The notes beneath the pieces were generated by a model. The model worked only from the letters and a program-made list of their open reading frames with translations. It was not told the DNA's origin and did no database searches. The translations under genes and the position numbers were made by a program. Below are positions 17,979 through 27,092 of a stretch of 56,441 nt of DNA, in pieces. The DNA lies in contig CAYZXN010000221.1 in assembly GCA_964482425.1 (NCBI GenBank), positions 1-56,441 of the forward strand. The letters run 5' to 3'. Origin of the DNA: an uncultured Syntrophobacteraceae bacterium (GTDB lineage Bacteria > Desulfobacterota > Binatia > UBA9968). Position 1 is the first letter of the stretch. Each line of letters opens with the position of its first letter.

Positions 17979-19733
17979 CTAGTCCAGAGGATTTTTGCAG
18001 ATCACATTAAGCAAAGCCTGCCGCCGCTCTTCAGTGACTATCTTGAGCGCGCGCGTGAGCGCGCCGGGTAGCTCTTCCGGTTCTTCCACGCGCTCGGCAT
18101 GGGCGCCACACGCCTGCGCGGTCAACTCGAACAGCGGTGATGGGCTCAAGTCCGTGCCAGGAAAGTTGCGCGTCTTCTGCGCCACGCCGTCCGGGTAGAG
18201 CCCGCGGGCGGCATTGAGGCTCGCGTTCCAAGCCTGGTTGTTGTACACGATTGTGAGAAACGGAATGCCATACTTTTGAGCCGTGAAATGGCATGCTGTG
18301 GGCGCACCGAACATGTACGATCCATCGCCTTCAGCGGCAATGACAGTGGCATCCGGTGCTCCTAACTTCATACCGATCGCCGCGCCCAAGCCCCAACCGA
18401 GATGGCCGGCCAAAGGCGTGCCGAATAAAGAGCCCGGCCTCGTCAAATGAATCACTTCGGCTAGCCTAGAGGTGACGGTTTCGTTCACGATGATGGTCTT
18501 CTCATCTGTGACCTCACCGATACATTTCGACACCCACAGCGGGCTCATCGGCTTTTGTCTCTTGACCGCGTCGATTGCTGCGTCGACTTGCCGCCACATC
18601 TCGCGATGCTCGACCTCGACCCTTCTGCGCCGTTCGTCGAGTTTGCTTTGCGCAACCGCACCCTCATGCAATTTAGCTTTGACCAACGAGATCAATACCG
18701 GCAGAGAAATCTCCGAACAGCCGGTCACGGGCAGATCGGCGGGAAAACCCCAGCCCGGAATTGCGGTAAACAGCGGATCGCGCTCGAGATGAATGATCTT
18801 CACATCGGTTCTGAGAAAGTTGCGGCTTGGCGGCTCCCACGGCACGTCGGTATCGATGAAGAAGAGGACGTCGGCATTGGGGCAGTGCTGCGTCGCTTGC
18901 GCACCGACATAGAGCGGATGATCCGTTGGGAAATTTACATAGTTCAGCTGCTGCACAACGGGGATGGAAAGCAGTTCCGCCAGCTCCACAAGTTGCGGCA
19001 CGGCTTCGGGATTACGTCCGAGATACTTGGTGACGATCAGCGGGCTTTCCGCCGCCACGAGAATCTCGGCGGCCTTTTGTAATGCCGCGTAATCGGCTTG
19101 CATTTTGGTTGCTGGCGTCAGGGAGTCCGGCGTTAGCTGGGTCGACTGCAGCTCTTCGCACAGCCACTCGCGCGGTAGCGTCAAGTACACCGGGCCGCGC
19201 GGCTCGCTCATGGCGATCTTAAAAGCGCGTGTCACCACCGCGGCAAGATTTTGATTGGTTCTCACCTCGTAATCCCATTTGACGAACTCCCGCACGACAT
19301 TACCCTGATCGCGCGATTCCTGCCGCCAATGAATGTTCTGGCTTTTGCCGCCCCGCAGTTCTCCCTCGGTGATCGGCGTTCGGCCAGCCACCAGGAGCAC
19401 CGGCACGTTTGCCGACTGCGCGTTGATAATGCCGCCCAGCGCATTGGCCGTGCCCGGCAGCGTGTGCACCAGGACCATCTGCGGCTTTCGCGTGACGTTG
19501 TAGTATCCATGTGCCATGGAAACCGCCGCCAGCTCGTGCGGCACGACAATCGGCTGTATATCGTTCGGGTCCTCTTTAGCGGTCTTGGCCAAGGCTTCGA
19601 TGATAGGGCCGTGATCCGTCCCGGTATTGGCAAACATGTATTTGACGGATCCCAAGTTGCGTACCTGCGCCAGGAAAGCTTCGGCACCGGACGCAACAGG
19701 AATCGACCTTGCGGTTTTGGCTATCATGGACAT
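17979..19733 (-). CDS. thiamine-diphosphate-dependent enzyme (acetolactate synthase / benzoylformate decarboxylase-like)
   Basis: 584 aa. The N-terminal Pyr domain includes HELAAVSMAHGY. ThDP-binding motif EGDGSYMFG...NNQAWN. Confidence 0.9.
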   Translation of the reverse strand: MSMIAKTARSIPVASGAEAFLAQVRNLGSVKYMFANTGTDHGPIIEALAKTAKEDPNDIQPIVVPHELAAVSMAHGYYNVTRKPQMVLVHTLPGTANALGGIINAQSANVPVLLVAGRTPITEGELRGGKSQNIHWRQESRDQGNVVREFVKWDYEVRTNQNLAAVVTRAFKIAMSEPRGPVYLTLPREWLCEELQSTQLTPDSLTPATKMQADYAALQKAAEILVAAESPLIVTKYLGRNPEAVPQLVELAELLSIPVVQQLNYVNFPTDHPLYVGAQATQHCPNADVLFFIDTDVPWEPPSRNFLRTDVKIIHLERDPLFTAIPGWGFPADLPVTGCSEISLPVLISLVKAKLHEGAVAQSKLDERRRRVEVEHREMWRQVDAAIDAVKRQKPMSPLWVSKCIGEVTDEKTIIVNETVTSRLAEVIHLTRPGSLFGTPLAGHLGWGLGAAIGMKLGAPDATVIAAEGDGSYMFGAPTACHFTAQKYGIPFLTIVYNNQAWNASLNAARGLYPDGVAQKTRNFPGTDLSPSPLFELTAQACGAHAERVEEPEELPGALTRALKIVTEERRQALLNVICKNPLD

Positions 19734-20015
19734 CCCCTTCCGGTTTTCTCTTCCCCTTCTTCATCGGCAAACACCCGGAGATTACACGGGCGCTGTCGGA
19801 AACGTCAAGGCAGGAAATTGCAACCAGAGATTCATGGCTGAAATCGGTACCTCCAGCGCCATTTCCGAACAAAGTCGAAAAGCGTCTTCCTTGCGCGGCA
19901 TTAAGTAAAGGTCATTCGGGAAATGATCTTGACAATCTCTCCATAAATGAAACCATGAAAATTGATCCGTATCGGCGGATTTCATTTTTAAAGTAGCGAG
20001 CAGGAGGAACTCACA

Positions 20016-20255
20016 ATGGAAACGTGGAGAGCGGAAGACATCGGAAACACCGCCGGCAAAGTTTGGACTTTTCTGCGCAAGAGCGGCGAGTCCAGTCTCA
20101 CCGCCATTGAACGCGGCGTCGGCGCTCCCAAGCCGCTGGTGTGTATGGCTATCGGTTGGCTTGCCCGGGAGGGGAAAATTGCGTTGCGCCAGGATAAACG
20201 CACGCTGCAACTTTCTCTCACCGATAGCGAACACAGTGAAAATTCTCGGGTATGA
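20016..20255 (+). CDS. small winged-helix protein (DUF2582-like)
   Basis: 79 aa. The pattern AGKVWTFLRKSGESSLTAI...LVCMAIGWLAREGKI matches the DUF2582 wHTH family as I recall it. Confidence 0.6.
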   Translation: METWRAEDIGNTAGKVWTFLRKSGESSLTAIERGVGAPKPLVCMAIGWLAREGKIALRQDKRTLQLSLTDSEHSENSRV

Positions 20256-20394
20256 ACCAACGAAAACAACCGCACGCGCTCATGGATGCATGAGAGTTCC
20301 CTAAGTATTGCGCCAACTGAGCTAAGGCCCGGGCAGCTCAGGTCGCGCTGACTTCACTTGCCGCGACGCGAACAGATGGAGGAGATTTCCGACG

Positions 20395-20763
20395 ATGCCA
20401 AAGCGAATTGATAATGCGATGCGCGTCATCGTTATCGCCGCAGCGCTTTTAACCGCCTCGAGTCCTGTAAACGCGCATCACGGATGGAGCGGCTATGATT
20501 CAAGCCGGGTGTTGGAGCTAAAAGGCAAGATCGTCGAGTCCGGTTACGAACACCCGCATGGCTTTGTCCGGCTGGAAACCGAAGACAAGACATGGCTCGT
20601 TGTCCTGGCCCCGCCATCCAGAATGGAGCGCAGGAATCTGCCGCGCAAGCTCTTGTCTCCCGGCACAGAAGCAACGGTGATCGGCTATCCGAAGCGCACG
20701 GATTTTCAAGAGATGCGCGCGGAACGCATCCGTATTGATGGCCGCAGTGTCGAACTCAGATGA
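20395..20763 (+). CDS. exported small protein, DUF6152-like; predicted mature N-terminus is His-His
   Basis: Signal peptide ...AAALLTASSPVNA, then HHGWSGYD...LKGKIVESGYEHPHGFV. This matches the AHHSF...NPH pattern I associate with DUF6152. Confidence 0.7.
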   Translation: MPKRIDNAMRVIVIAAALLTASSPVNAHHGWSGYDSSRVLELKGKIVESGYEHPHGFVRLETEDKTWLVVLAPPSRMERRNLPRKLLSPGTEATVIGYPKRTDFQEMRAERIRIDGRSVELR

Positions 20764-20811
20764 GCCTGAAGGCGGCTTTCCACCCGGCCTAGAAGCACCG
20801 ACGCGACATTC

Positions 20812-21306
20812 ATGCACCCACCGGATGGCCCCGCCTGGCTCGTGTGGCTTGAATCGACTGCTCTGGCAGCGGCGATGCGGCAGTGGCTGTGGTTGTATCC
20901 CGCCGTCGAGATCGTTCACATTCTGGGTTTGGCCGTGCTTGTGGGAGCGGCCGTCTTGTTCGACCTGAGGCTGCTGGGCTTTTCACGTTCCGTTTCCGTT
21001 CGCGCCCTGGCGGGACATCTGCTTCCCTGGGCCCGAATGAGCTTGCTGGTTATCGTTCCATCGGGGCTCCTGATGTTCATGGCCCATGCCACGGAGATGG
21101 CCGATAACCCGGCCTTCCGCGTGAAGCTCTTGCTGCTGGCAGCCGCCGGCATCAATGCGACAGTATTTCACACGCGGACATTGGGAACGGTAAGCCGCTG
21201 GGATGCGGGCGTTCCCTCGCCGGCGGCGGCTAAAATCGCCGCCGTCTTGTCGCTCGGACTCTGGGCAGGCGTAATTGCGTGCGGCCGGCTCCTGGCTTAT
21301 CTCTGA
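20812..21306 (+). CDS. four-helix membrane protein, uncharacterised, downstream partner of the exported protein
   Basis: 164 aa with four clear hydrophobic helices. Same strand, 48 nt after the previous stop. Confidence 0.65.
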   Translation: MHPPDGPAWLVWLESTALAAAMRQWLWLYPAVEIVHILGLAVLVGAAVLFDLRLLGFSRSVSVRALAGHLLPWARMSLLVIVPSGLLMFMAHATEMADNPAFRVKLLLLAAAGINATVFHTRTLGTVSRWDAGVPSPAAAKIAAVLSLGLWAGVIACGRLLAYL

Positions 21307-21438
21307 CGTGCGGCTTATTGGACCGCCGGAAATTCACCTGTCAGATCTCGGTTTCGGCTTTTTACGATGCGTGAGGGCAAAATGCCAATTGCTCAAGCTC
21401 GCGATAGCTCAATAGGTTCGTCTCCAGTTGTAATCGGT

Positions 21439-22875
21439 TTAATCCAGCGGAAATAACAGCCTGAAGACGCTTCCTTTTCCCGGCGTGCTGGTGTAGGTCA
21501 CATTGCCGCCATGGGCAGTCATGATTTTCTTCACGATAGACAGACCCAGCCCGGTACCCTGGGCCTTGGTGGTCGTAAAGGCCTCGAATACATCGAGGTC
21601 TTCGGCAACTCCAATCCCGGTATCGGCAATATCGATCCACGCTTGCCGAGCATCTTGCCCATTGGAAATGCTAAGAGTGCCCCCTGCAGGCATGGCTTCG
21701 ACGGCGTTTTTAAAAATATTAAGAAACACCTGTTTGAGTTTTTTCGGATCGGCGCTCAGCCAAAGCGCGCCGGCAAGGAAATCTTGCGCGATCGTGATTC
21801 CAAGCTGGCGGCACTCGGGAGCCTCGGTTGACAACATTTCGAGAACAAGCGCCTTCATATCGACAGGTTCGCGCCGGATATCCTCCGGCCGCGCGTAGGA
21901 CCGGAAATCGTTCAAGAGGCTGCCGAGCCGGTTGATTTCACCTATGGCGTCGTGCAACAGGGAGCGCGATTGCTCGGATTGCATCGGCTGCTGCGTAAGG
22001 ACTTGCAAGATTGCCGATATGCCGTTGAGCGGATTGGCGATTTCATGGGCGAAGATCGCCGCGGTGTGCTTCAGGGCCGCCATCCGGCCGATCTCTTTCA
22101 GCCCTTCTTCATAGCTTTTTCTCTCACTGACATCGTTGACCAACACCAGGCGCGCCGGTTTGCCGTTGAAAGTGACGCCGTAGTTGAATACTTCGCCTTC
22201 GATCGACGTTCCATCCTTTTTTTTGTGCGTCCAGACGCCGGCTCGCTTCAATCCGGCAGGCATAATCTTCAGGCTGTTTTCCAACCGCGCGAACTCCTCC
22301 GGCGGTCGGATGTCTTTGAGGGTCATCGCTAGAAACTCCGCGCGCGTATACCCATAGTGACGGATCGCCGCCTGATTGACTTCGAGGAAGGCGAGCGTCT
22401 CGATATCGAAGACCCAGCCCGGCAGCGGGTTACGCTCGAACAGGAGCTGATACTGCTCTTTGGCGGCGCATAGCTCCTGCTCGTGTGCCGTCACCTCAGT
22501 GATGTCAGTGATGGTTCCGATATAACCGGGTCTGTCCAGATCGGTGCCGTCATGCCGGACCGCCTGGCCAAGTACCCAGGTGACCGTTCCATCCGGTTTT
22601 TGAAAACGATACTTGGCCTGAAACGGAGTATTCTCCTTGGCCGCGCGGTACCATTCATCGTGAACGCGGGCGCGATCTTCCGGATGAAGGGCGACAATCC
22701 AGCCGCGTTCGTACGCCTGCTCGGGCGCCAATCCAGTGATCTCGCACCATCGGCTATTGACATAAATGCAATGGCCGTCCGGACCGGTTTGAAATATTCC
22801 CACGGGAGAGATTCTGGCCAGGAGCGAAAAAAGCTCTTGATCGGATAGCAAACCAGGACCCGCAGGTGCAGACAT
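21439..22875 (-). CDS. tandem-PAS sensor histidine kinase
   Basis: 478 aa with two PAS blocks. H-box FAHEIANPLNG; N/G boxes NIFKNAVEAM, DTGIGV, GTGLGLSIV. Paralogous to the kinase at 211..1371. Confidence 0.9.
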   Translation of the reverse strand: MSAPAGPGLLSDQELFSLLARISPVGIFQTGPDGHCIYVNSRWCEITGLAPEQAYERGWIVALHPEDRARVHDEWYRAAKENTPFQAKYRFQKPDGTVTWVLGQAVRHDGTDLDRPGYIGTITDITEVTAHEQELCAAKEQYQLLFERNPLPGWVFDIETLAFLEVNQAAIRHYGYTRAEFLAMTLKDIRPPEEFARLENSLKIMPAGLKRAGVWTHKKKDGTSIEGEVFNYGVTFNGKPARLVLVNDVSERKSYEEGLKEIGRMAALKHTAAIFAHEIANPLNGISAILQVLTQQPMQSEQSRSLLHDAIGEINRLGSLLNDFRSYARPEDIRREPVDMKALVLEMLSTEAPECRQLGITIAQDFLAGALWLSADPKKLKQVFLNIFKNAVEAMPAGGTLSISNGQDARQAWIDIADTGIGVAEDLDVFEAFTTTKAQGTGLGLSIVKKIMTAHGGNVTYTSTPGKGSVFRLLFPLD

Positions 22876-22888
22876 GAAGCCGCCCTTT

Positions 22889-23584
22889 TTAGTTCAGGAT
22901 CTTTCGAAGCTTCTCGGCGTCGATGATAATACGCCGGCCGTCCCTGAAAATCACCTTATCGTGATCGAATTTATTCAAATACTCCGTCACCTGCTGGCGC
23001 GAGGCGCCGACAATGTTTGCCAGCACTTCGTGGCTGAGATTTAACGCGATCGAAATTCCACGCGCGTGCGGCGTGCCGAATCGATCGGCCAGGTTCAAAA
23101 GCTCTAGGGCAAGGCGCCGGCGCAAGTCGAGTCCGATGCCTTTGATACAGTGGACGTAGGAATAGTTTCCTGGGTCGATTGCGGCGGAGTACCAGCGCAG
23201 GAACGGCTCGTAAGAAGCGCTCAGCAGTATTTCGACAAATGACCGCGGCCTGATAAGTCCGACGGTGCAGTCTTCGAAAGCTTCACAGCGAAACGGATGG
23301 CGCGCCTGAGACGTCAGCGAATCCAAACCAAAGAACTCCCCCGGTGCCAGAAGTCTGACAATGGTCTCCCTTTTCTGGTTATTGATATAGGAGATACTGG
23401 CGATTCCGGACAGCAGCAGATAGAGAAACTTAGCGCCCTCCTCTTGATCGAAAATAATTTCAGCTTTCTCGAACGCTTTGACCGTACAATGGGCAGCCAA
23501 TTTCTCCAATTGCCCAGGCAAAAATCCGCCGAGGTTGCCCAGCTGCTGTAAAGCATTCGCGTCGACATGATGCGTGATTGCCAT
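22889..23584 (-). CDS. Crp/Fnr-family transcriptional regulator
   Basis: 231 aa. cNMP-binding-like N-terminal domain (LLSG...GEFFG) and a C-terminal HTH (LSHEVLANIVGASRQQVTEYL). Confidence 0.9.
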   Translation of the reverse strand: MAITHHVDANALQQLGNLGGFLPGQLEKLAAHCTVKAFEKAEIIFDQEEGAKFLYLLLSGIASISYINNQKRETIVRLLAPGEFFGLDSLTSQARHPFRCEAFEDCTVGLIRPRSFVEILLSASYEPFLRWYSAAIDPGNYSYVHCIKGIGLDLRRRLALELLNLADRFGTPHARGISIALNLSHEVLANIVGASRQQVTEYLNKFDHDKVIFRDGRRIIIDAEKLRKILN

Positions 23585-23899
23585 GGCTCTTTTTTCTTCC
23601 TCTGACTTTTGCGTACATACCGGTTCTCAGATCATCTGGCACGCGATAGATCGTGCCGGAAAAAGACGCGCGCGAGCTGAGAACCGATCGAGAATGGTCG
23701 CCAAGCTTCGATCGCCTGAAAAGACTGCCGCCCATTTAATAATATAGATGGCGATGGAGTTCTGTCAGATAGCCGACATTGAAGGAGGATTTGAGATTTC
23801 TATGGGAACTCCTGTCAATATTTACTCTCTATAATTCCAAAGGACACCCGCGATCGACCGGAGTTACAGGCAGCGTAGGCACCGGAACCGCTTGGCGTG

Positions 23900-24994
23900 C
23901 TAAAATTTCACCGTGCCCGCATAGCCGGTCATCTCAACATAGCCGGATCCCGCAACCGGCTTGCTCCGCATCGTTCCTTTAACCTGGACCGCGCCCTCCC
24001 AGTAGGTAACCCGGGTGCTTCTGTTGGTAATCAACTCCTGCTCGGGAAACGGTGGAACCAGTTCCAACTCGATCTGCTCTGAGGGGATCGCGACTTTCCA
24101 TTGGTTTGGATAGTCGGCGCCGCTCTTTGGGCTCTTCCATCGTCGCAACACTTCGATCCGGTAATCTTTCAGAGTCAAATGCCGCGTATTCCCGTCGGCG
24201 TAAACCAGTGTGCCATGTGAATACCCGTCTATGGAGCCGTCTTTTCGGCGCATCAGATACAGCATGAGCTCCGAGCGATTGTCGAGCTGAATGCTGAACC
24301 AGTCCCAGCCGACCTGATCTTCGCCGAGCTGGTTGCTGCCGAACTCGTGGTCCATCCAGCTGAGACCGCGAACTTTTTCCCTTTTGCCCGCGACCGTCAG
24401 CTCTCCCTCGGTGTGCATCCGCGTCAACGAATAGTAATAGGAAGCACGGCCTTCACCCTCGCCTTTCTGACTGTGGCCGTTTTGCCCATGCAGCACCGGC
24501 GGTTTCAGCGACTTGAGCCGAAGGCGAAGCTGCGTACCGCGATCATTGATGATGATCGTGTGATTATCGCCATCGCCCTCGACCCTCCAGTCCTCATTCC
24601 ACACCCGGTAACGGTCCGTTCTGGCACCCGCTCTGTCGTCCAGACCGCGGTTGATGCGCTCGCGAAAAATAAAGTTCCTAGCACCGATATCAGAGAGCGC
24701 GAAATGAGCCATATACAACTCGGTGAACAATGGCGGCTTGTTTTCAATACCTTTTTGCCGATCGCGCACACCGAAACGGAAGAAAGTGACCTGATAACCG
24801 AAACGCCTGCCGCTTGCCGCTTGCAGGTGGCCCGTGTAGTACCACCACTCGGTCTTGAATCCGGGATGGGAGTAGTGATCGGCGGGGAACGTGATCTGTC
24901 TGCCGGGCAGCGCCGGCTGATACGTGAAGCCGGAAACAAGCAGCAAAAGCCCTAGCCATCCGACAAGCCGAGCCGAAAACATCGACAATCGCAT
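23900..24994 (-). CDS. CrtC/AttH-like lipocalin-fold protein (annotated in databases as carotenoid 1,2-hydratase-like)
   Basis: FPADHYSHPGFKTEWWYYTGHL...GYQVTFFR is the AttH/CrtC N-terminal signature. Signal-like start MRLSMFSARLVGWLGLLLLVSG. The start is uncertain: 24994, 25006 or 25033. Confidence 0.75.
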   Translation of the reverse strand: MRLSMFSARLVGWLGLLLLVSGFTYQPALPGRQITFPADHYSHPGFKTEWWYYTGHLQAASGRRFGYQVTFFRFGVRDRQKGIENKPPLFTELYMAHFALSDIGARNFIFRERINRGLDDRAGARTDRYRVWNEDWRVEGDGDNHTIIINDRGTQLRLRLKSLKPPVLHGQNGHSQKGEGEGRASYYYSLTRMHTEGELTVAGKREKVRGLSWMDHEFGSNQLGEDQVGWDWFSIQLDNRSELMLYLMRRKDGSIDGYSHGTLVYADGNTRHLTLKDYRIEVLRRWKSPKSGADYPNQWKVAIPSEQIELELVPPFPEQELITNRSTRVTYWEGAVQVKGTMRSKPVAGSGYVEMTGYAGTVKF

Positions 24995-25074
24995 AATGAA
25001 TTCCATGTTCACCGTTCTGCCTATGTCAGACAATCTTAATGGGCCAAGCCAAAATCCCGGCCAAGGCGTGCGCC

Positions 25075-25104
25075 TTGAACTGTTGAACTATTGAATCGTT
25101 GAAC
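25075..25104. repeat. four tandem TTGAAC/TTGAAT hexamers at an exact 8-nt period
   Basis: TTGAAC at 25075, 25083 and 25099; TTGAAT at 25091. The array ends about 65 nt upstream of the rhodanese ATG at 25171. Confidence 0.5.
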
Positions 25105-25170
25105 TGATCAAGCGACGCAGTGAAGCAGGTGGCCTTTTTTCACCGGACCGGGAGTGCTATAGGGAACCTC

Positions 25171-26004
25171 ATGGATACAAAATACACTCGCGAATCACTC
25201 CTCACAACCGCCGATGCGCTGAAGCAAAAAATCGGCGCGGCCGATCTCTGTTTGATCGATGTGCGGCCGGCGGAGGACTTCGCCCGCGGCCATATACCCG
25301 GAGCGGTTCATTTCGATCTTTTCGGGCTGAGCCTGGTCGATACCGGTGAGGCGCCGCTCAAGGCTTTCATGCACATGATCCATCACGTGCTCGAATTGCG
25401 CGGCGTCAGCGAGACCAAAGAAGTGGTCTGCTACGAGAACAATTCCGGCATGCGCGCAGCACGGGCGCTGTGGTTTCTGGAATACTTCGGCCATCGCGAC
25501 GCGCGTATGCTCGATGGCGGCATGCAGGCGTGGAAAGCCGCGGGATTTCCAGTCAGCACAGAGCCGGTTTCCCCCAAAGCCGCCAGCTTCAAGATTGAAA
25601 CGCGCCGCGAAGTGCTGGCCACCGCCGATGATGTCCTGCAGTCGCTTGACAAAAAGCACGTTGCGATTCTCGATACCCGCAGCCGGGGCGAATACCTCGG
25701 CACCCAGGTGAGGGCCGCGCGCGGCGGAGCGATTCCGGGCGCCATTCACATAGAATGGACCGATAATCTGGACGCCGTCGGAAAGTTCAAGTCAGAAGCC
25801 GAACTCGAGGCGATGTACGATCAAGCCGGTATCACGCCGCACAGAGAAGTCATCTCCTACTGTCAGGGCGGATACCGTGCCGCGCACGGCTATGTGGCGC
25901 TGCGCCTGATCGGTTTTCCCAAAGTCCGCAACTACATCGGCTCCTGGAAAGAATGGGGCGACCGCAGCGACCTGCCCATAGAGCAGCCGTCGGAGCGGAA
26001 GTAA
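25171..26004 (+). CDS. two-domain rhodanese (thiosulfate/3-mercaptopyruvate sulfurtransferase)
   Basis: Two rhodanese modules with the active-site loop CQGGYRAAH in the second, plus GHIPGAVH and GAIPGAIH motifs. ATG 25171 follows AGGGAA. Confidence 0.85.
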   Translation: MDTKYTRESLLTTADALKQKIGAADLCLIDVRPAEDFARGHIPGAVHFDLFGLSLVDTGEAPLKAFMHMIHHVLELRGVSETKEVVCYENNSGMRAARALWFLEYFGHRDARMLDGGMQAWKAAGFPVSTEPVSPKAASFKIETRREVLATADDVLQSLDKKHVAILDTRSRGEYLGTQVRAARGGAIPGAIHIEWTDNLDAVGKFKSEAELEAMYDQAGITPHREVISYCQGGYRAAHGYVALRLIGFPKVRNYIGSWKEWGDRSDLPIEQPSERK

Positions 26005-26117
26005 TCCTCCGCGGAGTCTGGCGGACCGTCAAATCGGTCGAAAGATTTCTAGCCACGGTCTACATACGGCCGGGTCGTGATCGAAACAAGAGAGACAACG
26101 TTCAATGGAGCTGTATC

Positions 26118-27065
26118 ATGCGTACTCTGGACTTGCTTGCCAGCGATCCTTCACATCTGCCTTTCCTGTTCGTCTTCAAAGAGTCCGGCGTCATGACGAA
26201 GTACGGCTATGAAATCGATCTTCACATCGTTGGCGGCGCCAAGGCGCCGACCATGAAGCACCGCGCCAAGCTGGCCTTAGCCGGCGAAATCGATTTTCTC
26301 AGCGGCTTGCACCATGAGACGTACCGCGAGCGCGCCAAGGGAGAAAAGCGGCTGACGTACCTGGCTCAGGCGCAAAACAACTGGGACGACCGGCTGGTGG
26401 CATCACCGGCCATCAAGCGAGTCGAAGACCTGAAAGGCAAAAAAATCGTGTGCCACTCCAAGGCTCCCTGCGTATCCGGCAACCTGCGCGCGGTTCTGCA
26501 GACCTGCGGTCTCAAAGCGGAGGAAATAGACATCGATGTGATTACCGATAGCTCCGGTAAATTCCTCGAATTTGTGGATGAAATCACCTCCGGCAAAGCC
26601 GTGGCCGCGCTGGTCGATATGCCCTTCGATCTTTACGGTGTCAAAAAGGGATTGCACGTGATCGATCTTCCCGACCGTCCGGTGATTCACAACACGACTT
26701 TGCTCGCGACCAGCGATTACATCAAGAAGAACGAAGAAACCGTTTACGCCTTTCTCAAGGGTTTCATCGAAGCTCTGCATTTCTTCAAAACTCAACCGGA
26801 GAAAGTCATGTCGATCTTGAAGAACAATTTAGCGCAGCGCTTCGGCCTGGAAGATGATGAATACTATGAGCACCTGCAACGCGAATGGGCAAAGCTGCTG
26901 TCTAAAAAACCCTATCCGCTGCCAAGCGCAATTCAAAACGTCTACGACCTTGACGTGGGTAAAGATCCGGCCATGAGACATATCGGCCCGATGGAGCCGT
27001 GGGATCTACACTATCTGCGCGCCATCGACGACAGCGGTTTTATCGATAGGCTCTACGCGACGTGA
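26118..27065 (+). CDS. NMT1/THI5-like domain protein with no signal peptide
   Basis: 315 aa from ATG 26118 (GGAG upstream). SBP-like body (DLKGKKIVCHS, TSGKAVAALVD) but a hydrophilic N-terminus. Confidence 0.7.
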   Translation: MRTLDLLASDPSHLPFLFVFKESGVMTKYGYEIDLHIVGGAKAPTMKHRAKLALAGEIDFLSGLHHETYRERAKGEKRLTYLAQAQNNWDDRLVASPAIKRVEDLKGKKIVCHSKAPCVSGNLRAVLQTCGLKAEEIDIDVITDSSGKFLEFVDEITSGKAVAALVDMPFDLYGVKKGLHVIDLPDRPVIHNTTLLATSDYIKKNEETVYAFLKGFIEALHFFKTQPEKVMSILKNNLAQRFGLEDDEYYEHLQREWAKLLSKKPYPLPSAIQNVYDLDVGKDPAMRHIGPMEPWDLHYLRAIDDSGFIDRLYAT

Positions 27066-27092
27066 AATCAGCGATGGTCCGGCCGGCACACT

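Noticed and set aside
25099-25111. Possible FNR/CRP box TTGAACTGATCAA
   Set aside because: The half-sites TTGA/TCAA are separated by 5 nt rather than the 6 nt required by the TTGAT-N4-ATCAA consensus.
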